This document shows positions 26,984-36,443 of a stretch of DNA of 64,000 bases, in pieces. Numbering within the stretch: position 1 is the stretch's first letter; each line of letters starts with the position of its first letter. The DNA is taken from the NCBI GenBank assembly GCA_019247515.1, contig JAFAOS010000159.1:6617-70616 (forward strand), given 5' to 3'. The notes beneath the pieces were generated by a model. It was not told the DNA's origin and did no database searches. It was given only the letters and a program-made list of their open reading frames with translations. This DNA comes from Chloroflexota bacterium (GTDB lineage: Bacteria > Chloroflexota > UBA6077 > CF-72). The position numbers and the translations under genes were made by a program.

Positions 26984-28480
26984 TCAGGCCGCGCCGTTGC
27001 GGCTGATACTGGCGCCAAAGGCCCGCTCGGCGCGCCGCGTCGGCGTCTCGAGCGGCCAGTCATCCACGACTGGCGCAGCCAGAACCACATGGCCGTTGGT
27101 GCGTTCAAGCGTGATCGTCTCCGGATCGCCGCTACCGTACCGCACCAGCGCGTCCGCCAGTGCAACTCCAGCCGCGATCTGCTCCACCGCTCGCTGGTCC
27201 GCGGCGACCAGCAACGGCGCGTAGCCCTTGACGGTCGCTACACGCTCTCCGACCGCGCACAGCCCGGCCGCGGTCAGCGCCAGCGTTCGATGCGTGTAGC
27301 CGTCCAGGTTGGCGTCGCACACGATGCGCGCCGAGTGCTCGTGGCGCCGGTAATAGTCGATGCTGGCGCCGATGTCCAGCAAGCGTGCCGCCGCCGCGGC
27401 GGCGAGCATGACTTCGACGGCCGCACCGGGCAGCAGGCGGGCCAGCAGCCGATTGACGAGCGCGACCCGCCGCTCGGCGCGCGCGCTGTCATACGCCGTG
27501 AAGTGTCCGCCCAGGGCAGAAACGGCGACGTTCTGGACCTGCTCGATGCTGGCAGCCTCGTCGGTCACGCAGTTCAGGGCAACCCCCTCACGCAGGCCGT
27601 AGCCCGCCACGGTCAGCTCCGTCGCCAGCAGCCGATCCATGACCGCCTGCACCACCAGGCCGCCGCCCACGATCGAATCGGCGCGATCGGCATTCAGGCC
27701 CGGGGTCATCGCCCGGTTGTTGGCGGGCATGCCCGAGAGCAGTGACGCGACGCCGTCCACTCGGCGACGGTCCAGCACATATGCGTGCAACCGCGAGATC
27801 GGATAGGTGCTGCGCATGCGTCGGTCGACTTTGGCCAGGTTCCGGACGGTGCCGCCCGTGCCGACCAGTCGCTCGTCCGCGCCGAGCGGACGGATCCCCG
27901 CCCGCTCGAGCGTCGTCTGGATATGCTCTCGGAGCGCGCGCATCTCCCCACGACTGGGCGGGTCGGACTTGAGAAAACGGTCGCTCAGTCGCAACGCGCC
28001 GAGCGGCAGGCTCCACGAGCGCTCGAGCTTGCGTCCCCGGAAGTGAATGAGCTGGATGCTCCCGCCGCCGACGTCGAGGACGACGCCGTCCTCCACCGGC
28101 AACCCGTGGACTGCCCCCAGAAAGCCAAGACGGGCTTCCTCGTCGCCGTTGGCAATATCGACGGGGATCCCCAGCTCGTCGCGCGTGCGCTCGATGAACT
28201 GCTCGCCGTTGGTCGCTTCGCGCACCGCCGCCGTCGCGACCGCCATGGTGCGTTCGGCGCCGCTGCTGGTTGCCACGGCGACGAATCCGCGCACGATGCG
28301 CAGCGTGCGGTCGATCGTCTCGGTGCTGAGCTCGCCGTCGCGCGCCACGTCGCGCACCAGGCGCAGTGGACTGCGCGCGTCGCCGAGCACGTCGAGGTGG
28401 GCCGCGCCGCGCACGTGCGCGACGAGGACCCGGCCGCTGTTGGAGCCGATGTCGATGACGCCGAGGGTCTGGCCGGCCAC
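26984..28480 (-). CDS. ppx: Ppx/GppA-family exopolyphosphatase / guanosine pentaphosphate phosphohydrolase
   Basis: LGVIDIGSNSGRVLV, MAVATAAVREATNG and VVLDVGGGSIQLIHF are ASKHA phosphate-binding motifs. A C-terminal HD-like region is present. GTG 28480 is chosen as the start because the upstream part of the track ORF overlaps the RR gene. Confidence 0.85.
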   Translation of the reverse strand: MAGQTLGVIDIGSNSGRVLVAHVRGAAHLDVLGDARSPLRLVRDVARDGELSTETIDRTLRIVRGFVAVATSSGAERTMAVATAAVREATNGEQFIERTRDELGIPVDIANGDEEARLGFLGAVHGLPVEDGVVLDVGGGSIQLIHFRGRKLERSWSLPLGALRLSDRFLKSDPPSRGEMRALREHIQTTLERAGIRPLGADERLVGTGGTVRNLAKVDRRMRSTYPISRLHAYVLDRRRVDGVASLLSGMPANNRAMTPGLNADRADSIVGGGLVVQAVMDRLLATELTVAGYGLREGVALNCVTDEAASIEQVQNVAVSALGGHFTAYDSARAERRVALVNRLLARLLPGAAVEVMLAAAAAARLLDIGASIDYYRRHEHSARIVCDANLDGYTHRTLALTAAGLCAVGERVATVKGYAPLLVAADQRAVEQIAAGVALADALVRYGSGDPETITLERTNGHVVLAAPVVDDWPLETPTRRAERAFGASISRNGAA

Positions 28481-28490
28481 GTGGGGCGTC

Positions 28491-29195
28491 TTACTCGGTG
28501 AAGACATAGCCGACGCCGCGCACCGTCTGGATGCGGGTGGGCGCACCCGGGTCGACCTCGATCTTGCCGCGCAGCCAGCGCACATGGACGTCGACGGTGC
28601 GCGTGTCGCCGACGTATTCGTAGCCCCACACGTTGCGCAGCAGCGTCTCGCGCGTTTGCAGTTGGCCCGGGTGCCGCATGAGATACACCAGCAAGTCAAA
28701 CTCGCGTCGCTTCAGCTGCAGCTGAACCGCGTTGCGCGACACACGATGCGCGCCCACATCCACCAGCAGGTCGCCCGAGGCCAGCTGCAGGGTCGGATCG
28801 CGCACCGCGGAGCCCATGTCAGCCCGCCGAAGCTGGGCTTTGACCCGCGCCATCAGCTCGTGCATGCTGAACGGCTTGGTCAGGTAGTCGTCGGCCCCAA
28901 CTTCCAGGCCCACCACGCGGTCGATCTCCTCGTCGCGCGCCGTGAGCATCAGGATCGGCACGTGGGCCACCGCGGGATTCAGGCTCTCCGCGCGCACCGC
29001 GCGGCACAGGTCCAGACCGTCGAGACCCGGCAGCATCAGGTCCAGCACGACCAGCTCGGGTGGATTGCCGCGGATCATCTCGAGCGCCTGCGCGCCGTTG
29101 GTCGACAGCCGAACCTCGTGCCCAGCGCGCGTGAGGTTGTAGCGCAGCGACTGCAGGAGGGACTCCTCGTCTTCCACCACGAGAATCTGCGCCAT
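28491..29195 (-). CDS. OmpR/PhoB-family response regulator (canonical receiver + winged helix)
   Basis: MAQILVVEDEESL, LVVLDLMLPGLDG, ILMLTARDEEIDRVVGLEVGADDYLTKPF and the wHTH RTVDVHVRWLRGKIE. No histidine kinase is present in the window. Confidence 0.9.
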   Translation of the reverse strand: MAQILVVEDEESLLQSLRYNLTRAGHEVRLSTNGAQALEMIRGNPPELVVLDLMLPGLDGLDLCRAVRAESLNPAVAHVPILMLTARDEEIDRVVGLEVGADDYLTKPFSMHELMARVKAQLRRADMGSAVRDPTLQLASGDLLVDVGAHRVSRNAVQLQLKRREFDLLVYLMRHPGQLQTRETLLRNVWGYEYVGDTRTVDVHVRWLRGKIEVDPGAPTRIQTVRGVGYVFTE

Positions 29196-29304
29196 CTCGC
29201 TACGCCACCCTACCCGGCAATGCGTTAAGCGTACGTAAACGGCCCGTAATCCTTCGGCGTTTCGGCAACCCACTACTCGTCCAGCCGCCGCCGCGGCACA
29301 CGGC

Positions 29305-30237
29305 TCAGGTACCGGCGAGCTCGGCAACGATCGGCGCCATGCTGTCGATGGCCGCGCCCGGGATCACCGGGTACGAGATGTCCCACTGCTCACGATTCGC
29401 CCTCAGCTTGTCCACAATCGCCTCGCGACTGCCAACCAGCGTCCCCGGCATGGCTTTGACGACCTCGGGCGTCGTCCGCATCTGCGTCGCCAGCGTCTCG
29501 ATCACGCCGGCGACATTCGACGTGAGCCGAGGAATGCTCAGCGAGCTCAATTCCAGCGCCGCGTAACGTTCGCCCGCCGAGCTCCGCACGATCTGCATCT
29601 GCTCCGCCATCGTCAGCCCCAACCCCGGGTTGCCCGCGGTGCTGACGCCCACCGACGGCCGATCCGGAAAGTTCAGGATGTCCGCCTCGCGGGCCGCGAG
29701 CCTCAGCATCCGCCGCCCCGCCGCGCCAATCATGATCGGCGGCCGCGGCCGCTGCACGGGAAGCGGCTGTCCCTCGAGGCCTTCGAGCTGGTAGTAGCGC
29801 CCCTCGAAGTCGACCTCGCCGCCTTCAAACAGCATCTTGATGATCTGGACCGCTTCTTCCAGCCGGCCGACACGCGTGCCCGCCGACTCGAAGGTCAGCC
29901 CCGCCTTCTGATAGTCCGCCGGATTCCAGCCGGCGCCGATGCCCAGCTCGAGCCGTCCGCCCGTCAGCACGTCAACCGTCGCGGCCTCCTTGGCCGTCGC
30001 CGCCGGATGGCGAAAGTCGTTGTCGAGCACGAACGTGCCCACGCGCAGGCGGCTCGTGGCGCTCGCGGCGGCCACCAGCGCGGGCAGCGGCGCCAGCTGG
30101 CGGCCGAAATGATCGGCGATCAGCAGCGTCGAGTAGCCAAGGTCCTCCGTCTTGCGCGCCAGCTCGCGCCACTCGGCCGCCGATTCGGCGCGACTGAGCA
30201 GCACGCCGAACCGAAACGTGCGGTCCAGCGGCGTCAC
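29305..30237 (-). CDS. LLM-class (probably F420-dependent) oxidoreductase
   Basis: 310 aa. FRFGVLLSRAES...LGYSTLLIADHF...RLRVGTFVLDNDFRHPA...GRLELGIGAGW is typical of the F420-dependent LLM subfamily (from recollection). Confidence 0.75.
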   Translation of the reverse strand: MTPLDRTFRFGVLLSRAESAAEWRELARKTEDLGYSTLLIADHFGRQLAPLPALVAAASATSRLRVGTFVLDNDFRHPAATAKEAATVDVLTGGRLELGIGAGWNPADYQKAGLTFESAGTRVGRLEEAVQIIKMLFEGGEVDFEGRYYQLEGLEGQPLPVQRPRPPIMIGAAGRRMLRLAAREADILNFPDRPSVGVSTAGNPGLGLTMAEQMQIVRSSAGERYAALELSSLSIPRLTSNVAGVIETLATQMRTTPEVVKAMPGTLVGSREAIVDKLRANREQWDISYPVIPGAAIDSMAPIVAELAGT

Positions 30238-30267
30238 CGCCTCACGCCGGGCGTCACGCGCCGTCCT

Positions 30268-31581
30268 CTATCTGGCGACGGTGGCCGAGAATTCGCTCCG
30301 CCGGTCCGCCGTAGCGTCCCACCAGTTCACGTCGCGCGGCAGCAGCACGCCACCCGAACGCTGGCGGTACAGCTCGGGGTTGTCCACCCCTGGCGGGACG
30401 ACACCCTGCTGCTCCAGCGCGCGCGCCGCGGCGATCATCCGCCGCCGCGTGCGAATGATGAGCGCATCCGTTGTCCCCAGGTGCTCCGACTCGCGATCGA
30501 AGATCGGCCCCATGGATTCGGTGACCGCCATGTCCTGCTGGCGAATGCCCGGGATGCCGGTGTAGCTGCGCATCGCCCGCTGCGCCTCGCGATCGATGAA
30601 GTAGTCATTGGCCATCGATTGGTGCAGGTTGAAGCGCCCGTACCAATCCGTCGTATTGGGTCTGTACTCGGATTCGGCCCGCGGCGACGGCCGCCGCCCC
30701 TCGGAGCCGCGCGCCTCAACGGGCAGCTTCTCTGGATCGATCAGCCCGCGGGTGATCTCCCAGTGCAGCGTGTGCTCGTCGTCCATCGGCACGTAGGCCG
30801 CGAAGCGTGTCTGCTGGCCCATCATCCCGGCCGGAATCATCGCGTAGAACGGAAACAGCATGTGGGCGATGCGCCAGTAGTAGGTGTCATCGGTGGCTGG
30901 GCGGTACGCGCCATAGGAAGTCCCGTACGGCGTATCGATCACCGCAAAGCGCGGCGCCGGCGTCCTTGCAATGAAGTAGTCGAACGTGCCAGGCCTGGTG
31001 TTTTCGAGCCGCGTGGCGCCGGCGTGCAAAAACGCCTGGTGGACGGTGTCCATCTCGCCTTCCCAGCCCTGCATCCAGTTGCACGGCCGATGCAAGATTG
31101 ACACGACCGTGTCATCCTGGGGCAGGAGGTTGGCCTCGAAGTCGGGCAGGGGTGGCGGCTCGGTTCTTGGCCCCATATAGGCCCAGATGACGCCGCCACG
31201 TTCACGGGTCGGGTACGCGGTGGCTCTGACCTTGTGCTTGAAGTCCGACTCCGCCGGCTCGTTGGGCATGTCGACGCACCTGCCGTCCAGGTCGAACTTC
31301 CAGCCGTGGTACACGCAGCGCAGGCCGGCTTCTTCATTTCTGCCGAAAAAGAGGCTCGCGCCCCGATGCGGGCAGTTGTTCTGGATCAGCCCGACGCGGC
31401 CATCGCTGGCGCGGAAGCCGATCAGGTCCTCGCCGAGCAGCCGCACGCGCAGCGGCGCACCATCGGGTTCGGCCACTTCGTCTGAGCGGATGGCCGGCAG
31501 CCAGTACTGACGCATGAGATTGCCCATGGGCGTGCCCGGCCCGACGCGGCACAGGTACTCATTTTCGGCTTTGCTGAGCAT
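30268..31581 (-). CDS. Rieske [2Fe-2S] aromatic-ring-hydroxylating oxygenase, alpha subunit (phthalate-family type)
   Basis: 437 aa. The Rieske ligands are CPHRGASLFFGR...CVYHGWKF. The catalytic domain contains a mononuclear-iron region. Confidence 0.85.
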   Translation of the reverse strand: MLSKAENEYLCRVGPGTPMGNLMRQYWLPAIRSDEVAEPDGAPLRVRLLGEDLIGFRASDGRVGLIQNNCPHRGASLFFGRNEEAGLRCVYHGWKFDLDGRCVDMPNEPAESDFKHKVRATAYPTRERGGVIWAYMGPRTEPPPLPDFEANLLPQDDTVVSILHRPCNWMQGWEGEMDTVHQAFLHAGATRLENTRPGTFDYFIARTPAPRFAVIDTPYGTSYGAYRPATDDTYYWRIAHMLFPFYAMIPAGMMGQQTRFAAYVPMDDEHTLHWEITRGLIDPEKLPVEARGSEGRRPSPRAESEYRPNTTDWYGRFNLHQSMANDYFIDREAQRAMRSYTGIPGIRQQDMAVTESMGPIFDRESEHLGTTDALIIRTRRRMIAAARALEQQGVVPPGVDNPELYRQRSGGVLLPRDVNWWDATADRRSEFSATVAR

Positions 31582-31595
31582 AGGAAGAATCTTAA

Positions 31596-31673
31596 TTCCC
31601 CAGCGGCGACCCCACCGAGGGTTACCCCAGCGGGGACCCGCTGAGGTTTGCCCCAGACGGGGCCGAGGCGTTT
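31596..31673. repeat. Three tandem degenerate ~26-nt units, each with a CCCCAG-N-GGGG mini-hairpin
   Basis: ttCCCCAGCGGCGaccccaccgagggt / taCCCCAGCGGGGacccgctgaggtt / tgCCCCAGACGGGGccgaggcgttt, beginning 15 nt upstream of the Rieske gene start codon. Confidence 0.6.
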
Positions 31674-31751
31674 CTCGCCAGAGGCGACCGTAATTCCGAA
31701 TGGGACACGACCTATCTCCAACGGCGGCCCTGCCGTGAGCGACCCGATCCC

Positions 31752-31800
31752 CTACTGGGGGTTGTAGGGGTCACCCCTACCCTTCGACACGACCCAGGTC
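31752..31800. repeat. REP-like family 2 copy
   Basis: ctactgggggttGTAGGGGTCACCCCTACccttcgacacgacccaggtc. Confidence 0.85.
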
Positions 31801-31870
31801 GTCAGCCACGCAACGTGTTGCCGCAAATTCCACAATGGGATACGAGGTATCCCCAACAGGCCCCGATCCC

Positions 31871-31920
31871 CACTGGGGGTTGTAGGGGTCTCCCCTACCC
31901 TTCGACACGACCCAAGTCGT
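31871..31920. repeat. REP-like family 2 copy (direct repeat of 31752-31800)
   Basis: cactgggggttGTAGGGGTCTCCCCTACccttcgacacgacccaagtcgt. The flanking aattcc...aatggga...tatc.ccaac segments are also duplicated. Confidence 0.85.
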
Positions 31921-31985
31921 CGGGTGATCCTGCTGGCGAAACCCGCCCCGGCCCCTTGCAACATTGACAGCCTTGTGATAACGTT

Positions 31986-32360
31986 GTGGAGCCCATGGAG
32001 CGCCTGGAGTCCCTCACGGTCCACGAGGCCGCCGCCACCACCGGCTGGTCCGCCCGCATGCTCCGTTATCTCGAACGCGTCGGCCTGGTCGTTCCACCGC
32101 GCACCAGCGGCGGCTACCGCCTGTACGGCGCCCCCGAGCTGCAACGCCTGCGCACGCTGCGCGAGCTGCTCGACCAGCATCACCTCGGCCTGTCCGACGT
32201 CGCCTTTGCAAAACGCCTGCGCGAGGATCCCAAACTCTCGACGTCGGTCCAGGCCTGGCTCGAGGCCCGCCCCAGCCGCCCCCAGAGCGTGCCCAGCTCA
32301 GACTGGCTGCGTTTCGAACAGGACAAGTGCCGCCGGCTCCTGGCCGCCGCCGCGGCGTAA
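31986..32360 (+). CDS. MerR-family transcriptional regulator
   Basis: 124 aa. LTVHEAAATTGWSARMLRYLERVGLVVPPRTSGGYRLYGAPELQRLRTLRELL is a MerR HTH plus the start of the coiled coil. Confidence 0.85.
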   Translation: MEPMERLESLTVHEAAATTGWSARMLRYLERVGLVVPPRTSGGYRLYGAPELQRLRTLRELLDQHHLGLSDVAFAKRLREDPKLSTSVQAWLEARPSRPQSVPSSDWLRFEQDKCRRLLAAAAA

Positions 32361-32395
32361 TCGGCCGTGCTATCTCACAGTTCGCATAGGAGACA

Positions 32396-33844
<1,449 letters not shown>

Positions 33845-33861
33845 AGACTCGCTTCTCGGGA

Positions 33862-33899
33862 GGGGACCGACCCGGCGCCGTTGGTGGTGCCGGGTCCCC
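33862..33899 (+). terminator. GC-rich stem-loop after ahcY (candidate intrinsic terminator/attenuator, no U-tract)
   Basis: GGGGACcgaCCCGGCgccgttggtggtGCCGGGTCCCC has 6+5 bp of pairing with a small bulge and starts 18 nt after the ahcY stop. Confidence 0.35.
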
Positions 33900-33917
33900 T
33901 CAAGTACCCTCCCTATA

Positions 33918-34688
33918 GTGGAGCCCCTCGAGCACACCCCTGACCAGTTCGGCGGCATCATGATCGCTGCCGAGCACCTCCCCGAAGACGCGAGCGAATT
34001 TCAGGACCGTCTGCGCCTGTCGATCGACACCTGGCGATCGCACGGCCGTCGCCTGATCTGGCTGGACGTGCCGCGTCGACTGGCCCAGCTCATCCCCATC
34101 GCCACCGACGAGGGCTTCTTCTTTCACCACAGCGACGAGGACGAGCTGACCATGGTCTGCCGCCTGGTCGAGGGCGCATTCGTGCCCATGCACGCGACGC
34201 ACTACATCGGCGTCGGTGGGGTCGTCATCAACGACCGCGAGGAGCTCCTGGTGGTCTGCGAACGCCACCGACGGTCAGCCCAGCCGTACTACAAGCTGCC
34301 CGGCGGCGCGCTGCAACCTGGCGAGCACCTGGTGGACGCCGTGCTGCGCGAGGTGCTCGAGGAAACCGGCGTCAATGCGAAGTTCGAAGCGCTGGTGTGC
34401 TTTCGCCATTGGCACGGCTATCGCTACGGCAAGTCGGACATTTACTTCGTGTGCCGCCTTTCGCCGCTCAGCCAGGACCTGACCATGCAGGCCGAAGAGA
34501 TCGAAGAGTGCTTCTGGATGCCAGTGGCCGACTATTTCGCATCCGACCTGGTCAGCGTCTTCAACAAGCGCATCGTGCGCGCGGCACTGGCCAGCCCGGG
34601 GGTCATCCCGGAGTGGATCGACGGCTACGGTGATCCCGCCCGCTACGAGTTCTTCATGCCCGCGCGCGAAACCGGGTGGGGCGCCTGA
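33918..34688 (+). CDS. Nudix hydrolase with N-terminal pre-Nudix domain
   Basis: Nudix box GGALQPGEHLVDAVLREVLEETGV. A GTG 33918 start is chosen downstream of the ahcY stop; the track ORF starts at 33774 inside ahcY. Confidence 0.8.
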   Translation: MEPLEHTPDQFGGIMIAAEHLPEDASEFQDRLRLSIDTWRSHGRRLIWLDVPRRLAQLIPIATDEGFFFHHSDEDELTMVCRLVEGAFVPMHATHYIGVGGVVINDREELLVVCERHRRSAQPYYKLPGGALQPGEHLVDAVLREVLEETGVNAKFEALVCFRHWHGYRYGKSDIYFVCRLSPLSQDLTMQAEEIEECFWMPVADYFASDLVSVFNKRIVRAALASPGVIPEWIDGYGDPARYEFFMPARETGWGA

Positions 34689-35707
34689 ATGAGATCGTTC
34701 TCATCTTGAGCCCGTCCTCCGGTCAATCGCAGAAACACGTCTTCCAGACGGCCCTCGCCTGCTGACAGGCCGGCCCGCTCGCGGAGCTCGTCCAACCTCC
34801 CGACGCCCACCACGCGTCCGTTCGACAGCAGCAGCAGTCGGTCGCAAATGCGCTCCGCGTCGTTCAACTGGTGGATGCACAGCAGCAGGGTCCGATTTTG
34901 CGCGCGCAGTCCGCGCAAGATGTCCATCATCGCGTGCGTCTGCTGCAGGTCGAGCCCGTCGAACGGCTCGTCCAGAGCCAGCAAGCGCTGGGGTGACATG
35001 AGTGCCAGAGCGATGAGCAGGCGCTGCAAGTTGCCCTTCGACAGCGCGCCGACCTTTTTCTGCAGCACCGGCCCGAGCGACAGCTCGGAAACAATAATGT
35101 CTTCCCAACGGCTGGGGTCGATCTCGAACAACTTGCCGAACAAAGACAGGACCTCGAGCGTGTACAGCTCGGCATACGGCGTCACGCCATTGGGCAGGTA
35201 GAACATGAGCCGGCTGGGGTTCCAGTCCGGCGGCGCATCGTCGCCTTCGTAGAACGTGCCCGACGTGCGCGGTCGCAGGTTTGCGAGACACTCCATGAGC
35301 GTGGTCTTGCCCGCTCCGTTGGGCCCGATCAGGCCGAGGATTTCGTTTTCGTAGATCTCGAAGTTGATGTCGGTCAGGATGTCGGCGCCGCCAATCTCCT
35401 TAGACAGGTGCTCAACACGCAGCAGCGGCGTGCCGGGCGCGGCCACCTCGGAGCTGAGCGTCGGCGGCGATCGCAGCTCACCCACGAGCGCTCGCAACGT
35501 CGCCGCCTGATTGCCGACGCGCTCGATGCCCGCCTCGAGGCGATCCAGGCGTGCCGCGAGATGGACGTGCCACTGCTCAGCCGCTTCGGCGCGAGCCTCG
35601 GAGGCGCGCACCGCCTTGCGCACCGTGTCGAGCGAGTGCTCCTGCCGCTGGTTCAGGTCGGCAACCAGTTCAGTGAGCAGCTCGCGCTGTGCGGCAGTGT
35701 GCCGCAT
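34643..35707 (-). CDS. ABC transporter ATP-binding protein with ~95-aa N-terminal coiled-coil-like extension
   Basis: Walker A GLIGPNGAGKTTL, signature LSKGNLQRLLIALAL, Walker B LLALDEPFDGLD and H-loop LLCIHQL. The N-terminal segment ...AEAAEQWHVHLAARLDRLEAGIERVGNQAATLRALVGEL is heptad-like. Confidence 0.85.
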   Translation of the reverse strand: MRHTAAQRELLTELVADLNQRQEHSLDTVRKAVRASEARAEAAEQWHVHLAARLDRLEAGIERVGNQAATLRALVGELRSPPTLSSEVAAPGTPLLRVEHLSKEIGGADILTDINFEIYENEILGLIGPNGAGKTTLMECLANLRPRTSGTFYEGDDAPPDWNPSRLMFYLPNGVTPYAELYTLEVLSLFGKLFEIDPSRWEDIIVSELSLGPVLQKKVGALSKGNLQRLLIALALMSPQRLLALDEPFDGLDLQQTHAMMDILRGLRAQNRTLLLCIHQLNDAERICDRLLLLSNGRVVGVGRLDELRERAGLSAGEGRLEDVFLRLTGGRAQDENDLIQAPHPVSRAGMKNS

Positions 35708-35710
35708 CAG

Positions 35711-36367
35711 TCAGTCGGCCGCATCGGCGACTGCCGCGGGGACGTCGAAGCGATAGCCCTGGCCGCGAACCGTCACGATGAAGGCGCGGCGAGCGGCGAC
35801 GCGCGCCAGCCGGTTGCGGAGATACCGCACGTACACGTCGACCACGTTGGAAGCGGGGTCCACGTCATAACCCCACACGTCGCCCAGAATGGCCACGCGG
35901 GACAGCACCCGCGCCGGGTGGCGCATGAAGTACTCGAGCAGCGCGAACTCACGGTCGGGCAGGTCGATCAATTGTTCGCCGTACCAGCCGCACCGCGCGA
36001 GCAAATCCAGCCGCAAGTCGCCCGCCACAAGCGTCGTGGGGCGGCGTTCGCCAGCGCCGCGCATGCGCTTGCGAATGCGGCCAATCAGCTCTTCGAGCGC
36101 GAACGGCTTGGTCAGGCAATCCTCAGCTCCGGCCAGCAGCATCAGCGGCAGCGAGGGTCTGGCGACGCGCAAGCGCTGAAGCACGCCCCACTGGTCGTCG
36201 GTGAACGGCGAGACATCGAACACGAGCATCCCGACGTCGTCGTCCTCCGCGAGGGTGAGAATGTCCTTATTGTTGCTGGCGCTGCTGACGTCGAAGCCGT
36301 GGCTGCGGAGGCTGCGCTCCAGCACGCGGATCATCGCCGGATCGCGCTCGACCAGCAGCACTCTCAC
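35711..36367 (-). CDS. OmpR-family response regulator with truncated/degenerate receiver domain
   Basis: GTG start. RVLLVERD, MLVFDVS and LLAGAEDCLTKPF, with about 13 residues missing between the LTA position and the GADDY-like position relative to the RR at 28491-29195. wHTH: REFALLEYFMRHPARVLSR...VVDVYVRYLRNRL. Confidence 0.8.
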   Translation of the reverse strand: MRVLLVERDPAMIRVLERSLRSHGFDVSSASNNKDILTLAEDDDVGMLVFDVSPFTDDQWGVLQRLRVARPSLPLMLLAGAEDCLTKPFALEELIGRIRKRMRGAGERRPTTLVAGDLRLDLLARCGWYGEQLIDLPDREFALLEYFMRHPARVLSRVAILGDVWGYDVDPASNVVDVYVRYLRNRLARVAARRAFIVTVRGQGYRFDVPAAVADAAD

Positions 36368-36443
36368 GTGGTGGCGAGTATACGCGGGTGCCGCCCTGCG
36401 AGTTGCCGGATGGCGAGGCTCTCATCTACACTCGCACGGCCGC

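Noticed and set aside
26947-27165. Upstream extension of the second Tmk-like ORF
   Set aside because: It would overlap the ppx 3' end by up to 180 nt and is Arg/Trp-rich. I kept it only as start-site uncertainty.
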